This document shows positions 27,469 to 39,598 of a DNA stretch of 64,000 nucleotides, one piece after another. The notes beneath the pieces are model-generated. The model worked only from the letters and a program-made list of their open reading frames with translations. It had not been told where the DNA came from and made no database searches. The DNA is taken from positions 5,230-69,229 of the forward strand of contig JAKAVM010000091.1 in NCBI GenBank assembly GCA_021827485.1. Reading direction: 5' to 3'. A program made the translations under genes and the position numbers. Position 1 is the first letter of the stretch, and every line of letters begins with the position of its first letter. Source of the stretch: Actinomycetes bacterium (GTDB lineage: Bacteria > Actinomycetota > Acidimicrobiia > Acidimicrobiales > JAKAVM01).

Positions 27469-28647
27469 TTGCTTCGCACCATGGAAACAGAAATCTATCT
27501 AGATCATGCAGCCACTACACCTCTTAGGCCGTCAGCCCAAGATTATCTCAGAGAGTGTATTGCAAAGGACGAACTTCGTGGTAATTCATCGGGAAGCCAT
27601 TTGATTGCTCGTCGCGCAAAGAATGCTCTGGAAGAGGCCAGGGAGCGTCTAGCTAGTCTATTAAAGGTAATGCCAAGTGAAGTTATCTTTACGTCGGGTG
27701 GAACTGAGGCAAATAACCTCGCAATAAGAGGTGTAATGGAAGTATCAGATAGGCTCGACCAAACTAACTCACTGGAATCTCGGAATAACCGCTTGGTTTA
27801 CTCTGCAACAGAGCATCACTCTGTCCTAAATCTATCGCGTTGGATCGGTGGCGAGATGTGCCCGGTAAGCGCCGAGGGAACAATAGATCTGGATTATTTG
27901 GAATCAATTATTGACAGTGGCAGCCAACTGGTTTCGGTGATGCTCGCAAATAACGAGACCGGTGTCGTCAATGATTTGAGCGAAGTGGATAAAATTATCA
28001 AAAGGAAAGCTCCTAAGTGCCAACTTCATAGTGATGCCGTGCAAGCATTTCCTTATCTTGACTTCGAGTTGGCCACCGATTACGCACAATTAATTACACT
28101 TGCAGCCCACAAGTTTGGTGGACCCAAAGGGGTTGGTTTCCTTGTCGTCAAGAAAGGAACCAAACTAGTTCCTCAGATGTTGGGTGGTGGACAGGAGTTT
28201 GAGAAGCGAGCGGGCACTCAAAACGTCCCAATGGTTGTAGCTAGCGTTTTGGCCGCCGAGGAAGCATACAGCGAAAGAGAGATTGAGTCGAGAAGAATTT
28301 GGGAGTTGAGGAATGTGTTCATAAGTTCGATCGACAAACTAATACCGGGCACCTATCACATTGGACATGGAACTCAGCGGGTTCCTGGAATAATAAATAT
28401 CCGCTTTGATGGAGTTAACAATGAGGAGCTGCTTGTACTGTTGGATCGCAATGGAGTATTTGCTTCAAGTGGGGCTTCGTGTGCTAGTGGCGCAACCGAA
28501 CCAAGCCACGTCCTATGCGCAATGGGATTTACGACAGACCAGGCTAGATCATCATTGAGATTTTCACTTGGCTGGACTACGCAACAAAAAGAACTTGAGC
28601 AAGCAGCCGCATTAATCGCAGATCAAATAGCCTACCTGCGAGCCTGA
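27469..28647 (+). CDS. Cysteine desulfurase (class V aminotransferase, IscS/NifS-like)
   Basis: Has YLDHAATTP, the PLP-lysine block AAHKFGGPKGVGFL and the active-site loop SSGASCASG. ATG 27481 (METEIY) is an alternative start. Confidence 0.88.
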   Translation: MLRTMETEIYLDHAATTPLRPSAQDYLRECIAKDELRGNSSGSHLIARRAKNALEEARERLASLLKVMPSEVIFTSGGTEANNLAIRGVMEVSDRLDQTNSLESRNNRLVYSATEHHSVLNLSRWIGGEMCPVSAEGTIDLDYLESIIDSGSQLVSVMLANNETGVVNDLSEVDKIIKRKAPKCQLHSDAVQAFPYLDFELATDYAQLITLAAHKFGGPKGVGFLVVKKGTKLVPQMLGGGQEFEKRAGTQNVPMVVASVLAAEEAYSEREIESRRIWELRNVFISSIDKLIPGTYHIGHGTQRVPGIINIRFDGVNNEELLVLLDRNGVFASSGASCASGATEPSHVLCAMGFTTDQARSSLRFSLGWTTQQKELEQAAALIADQIAYLRA

Positions 28648-28775
28648 GGAATTCTCGGAGGCTTTAAGCTTCAATCCCCTCTGCGTGCTTCGATGAATTT
28701 TATAGGTGCGGGCCAAAAGGATCCATCGGTTGCATGATTCATCTACTCGATATAGTCCGGTTCCTGCGATCCCGA

Positions 28776-30671
28776 TCAGTTCTTGCAGACTGGCTTAGCC
28801 AATTGAATGAAGTTCGAAGCGCTAGCTGGTAGGGCGTATTGGTTGCCAGAAAGAGTTGTCCTTTCGGCTCCTGCAAGCCAGATCCCGACTTGTTCTTGTG
28901 AAATCACGTTATCCTCAATAACAGTTGATTCCGCTGGCTCTCCAGCTCCAATTATAGCAATTCCAGCTGAAGCAGTGAGTCCACATTCAGGGTAGGAGGA
29001 GTCCCGAGAAAGTGTGTTTGCTCTAATTATAGTTGCATCCGCAACGTCTTTCGTTGAATTCAAATGAACTATTATTCCAGGCAAAAGCGCTCCAACCAAG
29101 CGATTATTTTCCACAATGTTGTTTGATGCACCAGTATTCGCGGCATCGGTTGCAATGACAATGCTTCCCGATAACTGATTTTCAGATATTGTGTTGTTGG
29201 TTACACCTTCACCCGGATTGAATGAAGCTATTAAAATCACACAGTCAGCGGGCAAAGACGAACTCATTTGGTTGTTTCCAACATAATCATTGGAAGCAGG
29301 TGCAGGGGTTCCTGGATTGATCGCCGTGGAATTCACATTCCCGTTATCGACGATTCCGATTGTAGGCACTCCAATATTGGCAGTTACAGTTGAATGTGAA
29401 GTTCCAGCTAGCATGATTGCTTTTGTTTCAGGGATCAAAGTTAAGTCAATAGCATTTGCAAAGGTGTCACTAATGAAATTGTGAGTTATGGTTATGTCTG
29501 CCGAATTGATGGCCAATATTGCGTGAGTAGTTGCACCAATTATTTGGGCATTAGATACAAGCACTCTGGAAGTACCCTCTGGTATATATATTCCAACGTC
29601 GCAGCCGCTTGCATCAATCGAGCCACCTATATGTTCCCCTGAATGCGCAACAACGGCAGCACTCAATCCACTTTGGCCAGCTCGCAGACAATGACGTTGA
29701 CTCGAATGAGTTGATCCACCGAGGATTGAGGAAACAGAACTAGTTGAGGCGTTCGTGGGAACAGATGGTGTGTCGACTCGCTTCGATATCTGCAGGGCCA
29801 GAGTAGGGTGTTGAGTCGGATTTGGGAAGCTCAAAGCATTTTTTGGGATGCGAGAACTCCGAATTATCGAAATTTTAGAGGGTGTTCCCGTCGAAGTTAT
29901 AGTTAGCTGACCAGCAAGCGTTTGCGTACCAAGATAGCTTGCCAACCACTTCATTGCAGGCTTAATGTAGTTTGTATTCTTATTTCGCTCATTACGAAGT
30001 TCGTTGAGATTGAATATGACGTTGTAAATTCTATCCTGCGTGCCATTGGCCGCAGTTTGATTGCTCGAACTTAAAACTTTCGAAACACCCCCGAGGAGAT
30101 TTATCCAAAAAGCTGGACTGCTAACGACTGCTTGATAGGTCTCGACAGGGTCAAGTATCCCGGCAGAATTAATCTTTGAAAACAAGACTGTTTCACGATA
30201 GATCGGCTTATGATAGTTATAGCTATTCGGAATCGAGTGTTGATCTTGGAAACTTTTAGCTGGCGGATAATTTGTAAACGGTTGAGGTGTAGTTGTAATA
30301 AGAGTGCTTCCCACTTTGTTATAAGTCCACGATACCGGAGTGGGAAGTCGATATGAGTTTGCATTTGGAATAGTAAGGCTGCCAGTAAGATGATCGAAGT
30401 CATAGTTGCCGCTGTAATAAGGCCATGGTCCGCCCCTAGAAGTAATGTCGGTCCCGGGCATTGTGTAAGCAAGGATGACGTTAGTTGCTCGCATGTGCTC
30501 AAGCGTGGTGAGCAACGCGACAGAATTTAGTCCAAACCCCTTCACTCCGACCGTCCGAGTGGCGTTTCCAGAACATGCGGCAACTGCGACAATCACAATA
30601 GCTGAGACTAAGGATTTCCTAAGTCTGTCCTGAGCAAAGTTCCCCAGCATGTCTTGTTGCCCGCCTTTCAT
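28776..30671 (-). CDS. Secreted lipoprotein with a C-terminal right-handed parallel beta-helix (pectate-lyase-fold) region
   Basis: Has the lipobox VAVAACSGN. The C-terminal half shows periodic turns of about 22-25 aa rich in N/G/I/T (ITHNFISDT, VTANIG, NNTISENQLSGSIVIA, NNIVENNRLVG, IEDNVISQEQVGIWLAG). Confidence 0.6.
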   Translation of the reverse strand: MKGGQQDMLGNFAQDRLRKSLVSAIVIVAVAACSGNATRTVGVKGFGLNSVALLTTLEHMRATNVILAYTMPGTDITSRGGPWPYYSGNYDFDHLTGSLTIPNANSYRLPTPVSWTYNKVGSTLITTTPQPFTNYPPAKSFQDQHSIPNSYNYHKPIYRETVLFSKINSAGILDPVETYQAVVSSPAFWINLLGGVSKVLSSSNQTAANGTQDRIYNVIFNLNELRNERNKNTNYIKPAMKWLASYLGTQTLAGQLTITSTGTPSKISIIRSSRIPKNALSFPNPTQHPTLALQISKRVDTPSVPTNASTSSVSSILGGSTHSSQRHCLRAGQSGLSAAVVAHSGEHIGGSIDASGCDVGIYIPEGTSRVLVSNAQIIGATTHAILAINSADITITHNFISDTFANAIDLTLIPETKAIMLAGTSHSTVTANIGVPTIGIVDNGNVNSTAINPGTPAPASNDYVGNNQMSSSLPADCVILIASFNPGEGVTNNTISENQLSGSIVIATDAANTGASNNIVENNRLVGALLPGIIVHLNSTKDVADATIIRANTLSRDSSYPECGLTASAGIAIIGAGEPAESTVIEDNVISQEQVGIWLAGAERTTLSGNQYALPASASNFIQLAKPVCKN

Positions 30672-30822
30672 CAGTGTTGTATATGCCTAATCTCGAGTCG
30701 CCCAGGGAAAGTCGGCTTGGCGGTCACAACTGCCTAATTTCAACTCTGAGCGATTACATCTTAGGTCAAATTTTGTCCTGCGTTCCTGTTGGACCTGACG
30801 GGTTGGATATGGCCCGGCTAGA

Positions 30823-31884
30823 ATGGTTCAGGTGAAAGTGCTTGTAGCAATGTCGGGAGGTGTCGATTCGTCGGTGGCGGCTGCGCTACTCAAAGATGCT
30901 GGAAACGACGTCGAAGGCGCGACTATGAAGCTGTGGGGTGGGGACAGTGATTCGGGCTGCTGTTCAGTTTCTGATGTTGAAGACGCTAGACGGGTTGCAT
31001 TTCAGTTAGGTATAACCCATCATGTGTTTAATTTTACCCAAGAGTTCAATGAGAGTGTAGTGAGTCACTATGTGGCTTCGCATCAGAATGGATATGTGCC
31101 AAATCCATGTATTGAATGCAATCGTCACCTTAAATTCGATGTTTTTCTGGATCGAGCGCTGCGTCTAGGTTTCGATGCAATCGCTACTGGTCACTACGCA
31201 AGAGTAGAGAGGTCTCCAGAAGGTATTTACAAACTTGCGAGGGCAAGAGACATCCTGAAAGACCAGTCCTATGTATTGTCAATGCTAACAAACAAAGAAC
31301 TCTCGAAATTAGTTCTGCCCCTTGGTCTACTGGAGAAAGGCGAGGTTCGAAGAATCGCAAAAAGTTTGAGTCTGCGTACATATGCCAAACCAGATAGTCA
31401 AGATGTTTGCTTTATCAAGTCAGACATTGGTCGCAAGGGTTTCCTTGATGGGCGAATTTCTTTTACCCCGGGTACACTTTACGATTCGAAGACAAACGAG
31501 AAGTTAGGTGAAGTTGAGTCTTTAGAGCTTCTAACTCTAGGTCAGCGTAAGGGTATATCGGCCGGTACGAGTCGACTCAAGACTCCAACACGACGCTTCG
31601 TTACTCACATTGATTTGGATAATCGCCGAGCGACTGTTGGCGAGCTTGAAGATTTGATGGTTACGACTGTCAAGCTCGGACGGATTACTTGGTGCAACCA
31701 GTCATTGGAGCCTGGATCAGTTGTTCAAGTGCAGCTGAGTGCACACGGTCAACCTAATTCGGCGGTATTTTACGACAGCTACATAGAACTAGAGGAGCCT
31801 TGCAGAAAGCCAGCCCCTGGTCAAACTTGTGCGTTATATATTGGCGATATAGTAGTTGGCTCATCGACTATTTTAGCGAGCTGA
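30823..31884 (+). CDS. mnmA: tRNA 2-thiouridine(34) synthase
   Basis: Has the PP-loop VLVAMSGGVDSSVAA, NPCIECNRHLKF and the block ATGHYAR. Confidence 0.92.
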   Translation: MVQVKVLVAMSGGVDSSVAAALLKDAGNDVEGATMKLWGGDSDSGCCSVSDVEDARRVAFQLGITHHVFNFTQEFNESVVSHYVASHQNGYVPNPCIECNRHLKFDVFLDRALRLGFDAIATGHYARVERSPEGIYKLARARDILKDQSYVLSMLTNKELSKLVLPLGLLEKGEVRRIAKSLSLRTYAKPDSQDVCFIKSDIGRKGFLDGRISFTPGTLYDSKTNEKLGEVESLELLTLGQRKGISAGTSRLKTPTRRFVTHIDLDNRRATVGELEDLMVTTVKLGRITWCNQSLEPGSVVQVQLSAHGQPNSAVFYDSYIELEEPCRKPAPGQTCALYIGDIVVGSSTILAS

Positions 31885-31899
31885 AAGTGAGGCAAGACA

Positions 31900-34486
<2,587 letters not shown>

Positions 34487-34537
34487 CAATAGTGCTTGGT
34501 CCACCATTTTAGCACGTCAAGGCTCTAATCTTGGAGC

Positions 34538-36655
34538 ATGGCGATGTCTCAGGTCGCTGATCAAATCGGCCGAGTAGTTGGAGAACGATACCGTCTCGAA
34601 TCTTTATGCGGGACTGGGTCGTCCGCGCACGTCTACAGGGCATTTGATCCCAGGCTTTCTCGCCGGGTTGCAGTAAAACTTCTTCATCCCGGGCTTGCCC
34701 ACGAACCTAGCTTTCTCAAACGTTTTGGTGCCGAAGCAAAGGCAGCCGCTGGACTAAATCACCCAAATATTGTCCGAGTCTTGGACTGGGGAGAGGAAGA
34801 AGCCGGTCCATTCCTGGTACTTGAGTACATGGGCGGCGGAAGTCTTTCACAAATTATATCGCGTCAAGTCAAATTATCACTTTCGCAAGCCTGTCATCTT
34901 GGACTCGAAGCTGGTAAAGCCCTACAGTATGCACATCGACAAGGACTAGTGCATAGAGATGTTAAGCCTGCAAATATACTTTTTGATGAAGAGGGACGGG
35001 GAGCGATCGCCGACTTTGGGCTCGCTCGTGCATTGGCCGAGGCAGCTTGGACCGAGCCTGAAGGCTCAATTTTTGGTACTGCGCGCTACACTTCTCCAGA
35101 ACAGGCAACTGGGAACTCTTTTGAAGGTCGATCTGATGTCTACTCGCTAGGCTTGGTGTTGTATGAAGCTATAACGGGAGAGTCCCCATTCACAGGTGAA
35201 TCTACGGTGTCGCTACTTATGGCGCGGGTTGGCTACGATATTCCAATTCCTAGCGAGTTTGGAGAACTTGGCCAGATACTTTCGAGAATGCTAAACCCGA
35301 TTGTTCGACTTAGGATAGATTCGTCGGAATTAGTAGACAAGCTCGAAGAACTGAGTAAGAAGCTCCCTAAGCCGGAACCGCTTCCAATTCAGGCCAGAAG
35401 TTCGTCTAGCGGCGAAGCTAGCTCCTCCCAGAGCTCCGATGGGTCCAATAGTAAGAGTATGCTAAGCACAGACCTGGATGCTGTACCGAGAGATCTCACT
35501 ATTGTTGGGGATGTGCAGGCACTCGGACTCAGTAGTTCGGCCGGAGCCAGCGGGTCATCCGGAGCCAGCGGGTCATCCGGAGCCGGTGGTTTGTCCGGAG
35601 TTGACGGGTCGGCGCTCTATGACTATGAAGCAAGTGAAGATTCTGACGGTAAAGTAAAGTCACGTAAGCAAGCCAAGAAAGATCTCAAGGAGAGAAGAAA
35701 ACAACTTTCCCAGTCAACAGGGCTTGTTGGTCAGAGCCAGGGTGACAGTGGTGCTACCGGTGCTAAAACCAGATCCAAGCGCAAAGTAGCTAAAGTTCTT
35801 ACTCCGATCCTAGCCGTTGTGGTGGTTGGGGCTTTGGTTGGCTATTCAATCGAGGCAAAGCTTTTTGTGCCTAAGGTGTCAGTTCCAAATGTTGTTGGGA
35901 TTAGCCCAACTGCTGCAAAGCACGAACTAGTCCGAGCCCATCTTTCATTACATATCGTATCAAGACAGTTTATTAAAGGAACTATCGAAGGTATGATTGC
36001 CAGCCAGACGCCACGCGGATTAGGTAAGATTGCCAGAGGCAGTGCCGTAGATGTGATTGTTTCAAATGGGCCACCGATTGTGGTAGTGCCATTGGTTACT
36101 TCACTTAGTGAGAGTGAAGCAGCGGCAAAGCTAGGGGCCAGTGGCTTCGTCCCTAAGTTTGCGAACACTTATAGTCTGACTGTACCGTCTGGTGAGGTAA
36201 TTGCTTATTCGCCTAAGGGGAAAGCTCGCTATGGCCAAGTAGTTACTCTTGAGGTCTCCCAAGGCCCTCAACCGGAAACTATTCCGCCCTCGTTGGCGGG
36301 TAAAAGCGTGGCAAGTGCGACTTCTATTCTTGAAGGCCTGGGCCTGAGTGTTACAACCCAGAGTGAACATTCCTCGACGATTGCAAAAGGCTTAGTCATA
36401 GGATCTAATCCCGCTTTAGGCCAGACGGCCAATCAAGGCTCTAGCGTGACATTGATTGTTTCGCTCGGCCCGGTGATGGTAGTAGTTCCTAATGTAAATG
36501 GTGACTCGGTGGGTCAGGCTACAACTGCCCTCACTCAAGACGGATTCAATCCTCAAAATGTTTATGGACCTCCGGGGGGTACTGTTTTTGCTACAAATCC
36601 CCAGGAAGGTTCTTCGATTCCACAAGGTTCGTCGGTAAGTCTCTACACCAACTAA
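34538..36655 (+). CDS. Ser/Thr protein kinase with four extracellular PASTA domains (PknB-like)
   Basis: Has a kinase core (AVKLL, HRDVKPANILF, DFGLAR, SPEQ), a low-complexity linker, one TM segment (ILAVVVVGALVGY) and four repeats of about 65 aa of PASTA type (VPNVVG..., VVVPLVTSLSESEA..., IPPSLAGKSVASA..., VVVPNVNGDSVGQA...). Confidence 0.9.
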   Translation: MAMSQVADQIGRVVGERYRLESLCGTGSSAHVYRAFDPRLSRRVAVKLLHPGLAHEPSFLKRFGAEAKAAAGLNHPNIVRVLDWGEEEAGPFLVLEYMGGGSLSQIISRQVKLSLSQACHLGLEAGKALQYAHRQGLVHRDVKPANILFDEEGRGAIADFGLARALAEAAWTEPEGSIFGTARYTSPEQATGNSFEGRSDVYSLGLVLYEAITGESPFTGESTVSLLMARVGYDIPIPSEFGELGQILSRMLNPIVRLRIDSSELVDKLEELSKKLPKPEPLPIQARSSSSGEASSSQSSDGSNSKSMLSTDLDAVPRDLTIVGDVQALGLSSSAGASGSSGASGSSGAGGLSGVDGSALYDYEASEDSDGKVKSRKQAKKDLKERRKQLSQSTGLVGQSQGDSGATGAKTRSKRKVAKVLTPILAVVVVGALVGYSIEAKLFVPKVSVPNVVGISPTAAKHELVRAHLSLHIVSRQFIKGTIEGMIASQTPRGLGKIARGSAVDVIVSNGPPIVVVPLVTSLSESEAAAKLGASGFVPKFANTYSLTVPSGEVIAYSPKGKARYGQVVTLEVSQGPQPETIPPSLAGKSVASATSILEGLGLSVTTQSEHSSTIAKGLVIGSNPALGQTANQGSSVTLIVSLGPVMVVVPNVNGDSVGQATTALTQDGFNPQNVYGPPGGTVFATNPQEGSSIPQGSSVSLYTN

Positions 36656-36660
36656 GTACC

Positions 36661-36723
36661 GGGCCTTCTGGTTCTATCAAACCGGGGTTTTATTCTGGGC
36701 CTTCTGGTTCTATCAAACCGGGG
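36661..36723. repeat. 27-nt direct duplication (period 36) of the 3' end of the nucleotidyltransferase gene
   Basis: GGGCCTTCTGGTTCTATCAAACCGGGG occurs at 36661-36687 (intergenic) and 36697-36723 (encoding the C-terminal PGLIEPEGP on the minus strand). Confidence 0.95.
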
Positions 36724-37325
36724 ACCACTTGGTCGCAAAGATCTAAGAATCGTCTAAGCTTTGGCCAGACTGTTTCGCCGCGCAAGTGGAGGAGCCACTT
36801 TTCTACGTAGTCGTAATCAAGGGGAGCTTGGCGAAGCATTGCTTCTATGTCTACCCAGTCCTTGGGCCGATTGAATGAGATCTTGAAAATGGTTAGATCT
36901 TCAGCCGATAGGAAGGGGAGATCGTGGAATATCCGTCTTGAATCTCGGAAAGGGTGGGTTTCGACGCGCTCTCGTACAGAGTTGAAAAACTCATCATCGT
37001 AGGCAAAGAAAAGGTCTATGTGAGTATCACCCCACGGGCATTGAATCCCTTGGGTTGGGATACGGATACTCGTCGGAGGAGCGGGTTTCTCGACTCCAAT
37101 CTCAATTAGGCTAGAGACTACGAAATCCTCTCGGGAAGGGGGCAGGAAAATATCCAGATCGATCTCGACCGTGCCGCGTGGCTCGGCATGGTATCCAAGC
37201 GACAATGCGCCTCCGATTGCATGCGGGATATCCAATACATCGAGAGCTTCGTGTAAGATAACTACTCGGTCAACTAAGTTCACGTAATCGTTCCAGCCTC
37301 TTGGCACTCTGGATACTATCTGCAA
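36690..37325 (-). CDS. Small Pol-beta-superfamily nucleotidyltransferase-like protein (DUF2204-like); putative toxin/effector of a two-gene module
   Basis: IPHAIGGALSLGYHAEPRGTVEIDLDIFL fits the hG[GS]...D.D minimal NTase motif. It overlaps the upstream HTH gene (GTG 37283 is an alternative start giving a 14-nt overlap). Confidence 0.55.
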   Translation of the reverse strand: MQIVSRVPRGWNDYVNLVDRVVILHEALDVLDIPHAIGGALSLGYHAEPRGTVEIDLDIFLPPSREDFVVSSLIEIGVEKPAPPTSIRIPTQGIQCPWGDTHIDLFFAYDDEFFNSVRERVETHPFRDSRRIFHDLPFLSAEDLTIFKISFNRPKDWVDIEAMLRQAPLDYDYVEKWLLHLRGETVWPKLRRFLDLCDQVVPGLIEPEGPE

Positions 37326-37725
37326 CGTCGAGCGCGTTGAAGATAGTTTTGGCTCGCGCCAACTCGGCCGGGCTGGCTGAACTCCCGCAGTTACATTTCA
37401 AGAGAAGTTTAAAAAGAAGACTGGTGGGTTCTTCGTTTTCATCGGGTGGTTTACTGATCTCGCGGCTGGCAATACTATGCTCGTCGCTATCAACTAGATC
37501 AACGTGGATTTGCAGTCCAGCCCCCTCGACCAACTTTGCGAGCGTGGGTAGAGACGGTTGACGCTTTCCACGCTCGATAGTGTTCACCACCGATGCGGGA
37601 ACTCCCGAATTCCTTGCAAGTTCACTTTGAGATAAACCTGCACGTGCGCGCGCTCTTGCAAGAAGTTCAGCGGCTAAGTTATTCCCATAATCAGCTGCCG
37701 ACTTTGGCGTATCATCGGTATCCAT
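37270..37725 (-). CDS. XRE-family helix-turn-helix transcriptional regulator; putative antitoxin/regulator
   Basis: The HTH is RARAGLSQSELARNSGVPASVVNTIERGKRQPSLPTLAKLVEGAG, followed by an uncharacterised C-terminal domain of about 80 aa. Confidence 0.8.
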   Translation of the reverse strand: MDTDDTPKSAADYGNNLAAELLARARARAGLSQSELARNSGVPASVVNTIERGKRQPSLPTLAKLVEGAGLQIHVDLVDSDEHSIASREISKPPDENEEPTSLLFKLLLKCNCGSSASPAELARAKTIFNALDVADSIQSAKRLERLRELS

Positions 37726-37733
37726 CTAATTAT

Positions 37734-37751
37734 TATAGCGGATCCGCTATA
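37734..37751. promoter_or_regulatory. Perfect 18-bp palindrome TATAGCGGATCCGCTATA; candidate operator of the XRE-HTH gene
   Basis: The sequence is its own reverse complement and lies 9-26 nt upstream of the HTH start codon (37725, minus strand). Confidence 0.5.
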
Positions 37752-37905
37752 GAGTAGTCACGTCAGCGGTGCCATTTTCCACGATCAGAGGGATGATTCG
37801 GCGTAATGATCAGTTTGACCGATCTCCTTTGGAGCACAGTGAGGTTCGCCAAGGGAGGCTTTTTGGTGCGAGAATCTATGGGTAGTTGACCGAAAAGGAG
37901 CACAA

Positions 37906-38775
37906 ATGGGAGTTTTGGACGGACGAGTTGCCATAATCACTGGGGCTGGACGAGGTATTGGGCGCGAACACGCTCTGTTGTTTGCCAGTGAGGGCGCTAG
38001 TTTAGTCGTCAATGATTTAGGCGGAGCGATTGATGGCTCTGGCAACTCTTCGAGTGAGGCAGAAAAAGTTGCATCTGAAATTCGGGAATTAGGGGGCAAA
38101 GCTGTTTCAAATACGGATGACATAACTAGCTGGAATGGTGGAGCAAACCTGGTCAAGTGCGCACTCGATAACTACGGCACTATAGATGTGCTTGTAAACA
38201 ATGCTGGGATTTTGAGAGATAGAGTGTTGATAAATATGACTGAGGACGAGTGGGATTCGGTTATCAACGTGCATCTTAAAGGTCATTTTATCCCTACACG
38301 ACATTGTGCTGCTTACTGGCGTGAGCAGTCAAAGGAGGGGAAGCAAGTCAAAGCGTCTGTAATTAATACCTCATCCACTTCTGGACTGCTAGGCAACCCC
38401 GGACAAGTAAACTATGGAGCTGCAAAGGCAGGGATTGCGTCGTTTTCAATTATACTTGCTAAAGAGTTAGCACGATATGGAGTTCGGGTAAATGCAATTG
38501 CTCCTGCGGCGCGTACCAGAATGACTGAGATGACACCGGGCTTATCTGACGTCGTCAAAGCTCCACAAGATGGATTTGACGTTTGGGATCCTGCAAATAT
38601 TTCACCGTTAGTTGCATGTCTTGCTATGGCTGATTGTGAAATAACCGGACAGACGTTTTTTGTGCAAGGAGGGACAGTGCAAAAGATGGTTCCTTGGCAG
38701 ATGGGCGCCGACATTCAAAGTTCGGGGCGATGGAGTGTCGCTGATCTGGCTAAGCAGATAACCTCGATACTCTAG
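37906..38775 (+). CDS. Short-chain dehydrogenase/reductase (SDR) family oxidoreductase
   Basis: Has the cofactor motif ITGAGRGIGRE, NNAGI and the catalytic Y...K (NYGAAKAG). 289 aa. Confidence 0.88.
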   Translation: MGVLDGRVAIITGAGRGIGREHALLFASEGASLVVNDLGGAIDGSGNSSSEAEKVASEIRELGGKAVSNTDDITSWNGGANLVKCALDNYGTIDVLVNNAGILRDRVLINMTEDEWDSVINVHLKGHFIPTRHCAAYWREQSKEGKQVKASVINTSSTSGLLGNPGQVNYGAAKAGIASFSIILAKELARYGVRVNAIAPAARTRMTEMTPGLSDVVKAPQDGFDVWDPANISPLVACLAMADCEITGQTFFVQGGTVQKMVPWQMGADIQSSGRWSVADLAKQITSIL

Positions 38776-38802
38776 GATAATAGCGTCGAAGGAGTTGATT
38801 AG

Positions 38803-39558
38803 ATGAGCCCATCCATAATTGAAGGAGCAGAACCTCTATCTGTTACAGGCGAGGCCAGCGGGGGGGTTTTGGTATTGCACGGCTTCACTGGCAATCCTCA
38901 GTCGATGCGACCTATTGCCCAGGTTTGTGTCGAGAAGGGCTATAGCGTTGAGATGCCACTACTACCCGGGCATGGTACTGACATCTCTGAAATGCTGCAG
39001 ACCAACTATAGCGATTATATAGCGTGTGCGGATAGGACCTTACAGGAACTAAAGGGCAGGTGTGAGAGTGTTGTAGTGATTGGGCTTTCGATGGGTGGTA
39101 CTTTGTCACTCGATCTTGCCTTGAGCCATCCAGATATTGCGGGGATGATCTTGGTGAATCCGCTTTGTGAAGCTCCTGCAGAGAGCTTTATAGATATCTT
39201 AGAGTCGACATTGGAATCTGGGATTGAAACTTTTCAAGGTATTGGATCAGACATTGCCATGGAAGGATCGACCGAGCTATCGTATCCGGAAACTCCGCTT
39301 AGACCACTTCTGTCTCTTTTTGGGGCGGTGGGCAATATCTCTACTAAGCTGGATCAGATTACGATTCCAGTTCTGTTGTTTTCATCTGTTCAAGACCATG
39401 TTGTGCCACCGAGTAACGGGGATCTGCTAGAGAAAACCGTAGCTGGTCCGATCGATCGAGTCATGCTGGAGCGTAGCTATCATGTGGCGACACTAGATTA
39501 TGATGCCCAGGTCATCCTAGACGGTACTGTTGAGTTTTTGGATAGAATACTTTCATGA
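38803..39558 (+). CDS. Alpha/beta hydrolase (carboxylesterase / monoacylglycerol-lipase-like)
   Basis: Has VLVLHGFTGNPQSM, the nucleophile elbow GLSMGG, a late D (SSVQDHVV) and H (SYHVAT). Confidence 0.8.
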   Translation: MSPSIIEGAEPLSVTGEASGGVLVLHGFTGNPQSMRPIAQVCVEKGYSVEMPLLPGHGTDISEMLQTNYSDYIACADRTLQELKGRCESVVVIGLSMGGTLSLDLALSHPDIAGMILVNPLCEAPAESFIDILESTLESGIETFQGIGSDIAMEGSTELSYPETPLRPLLSLFGAVGNISTKLDQITIPVLLFSSVQDHVVPPSNGDLLEKTVAGPIDRVMLERSYHVATLDYDAQVILDGTVEFLDRILS

Positions 39559-39598
39559 CCGTTTCGCAAGTTCCGCACTACAAGGCAGAGGGCTAATT

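Noticed and set aside
37785-38156. 123-aa minus-strand ORF overlapping the SDR 5' end
   Set aside because: It is antisense to the SDR gene (clear TGAGRGIG motif). Its product is Pro/Ser/Ala-rich without motifs.
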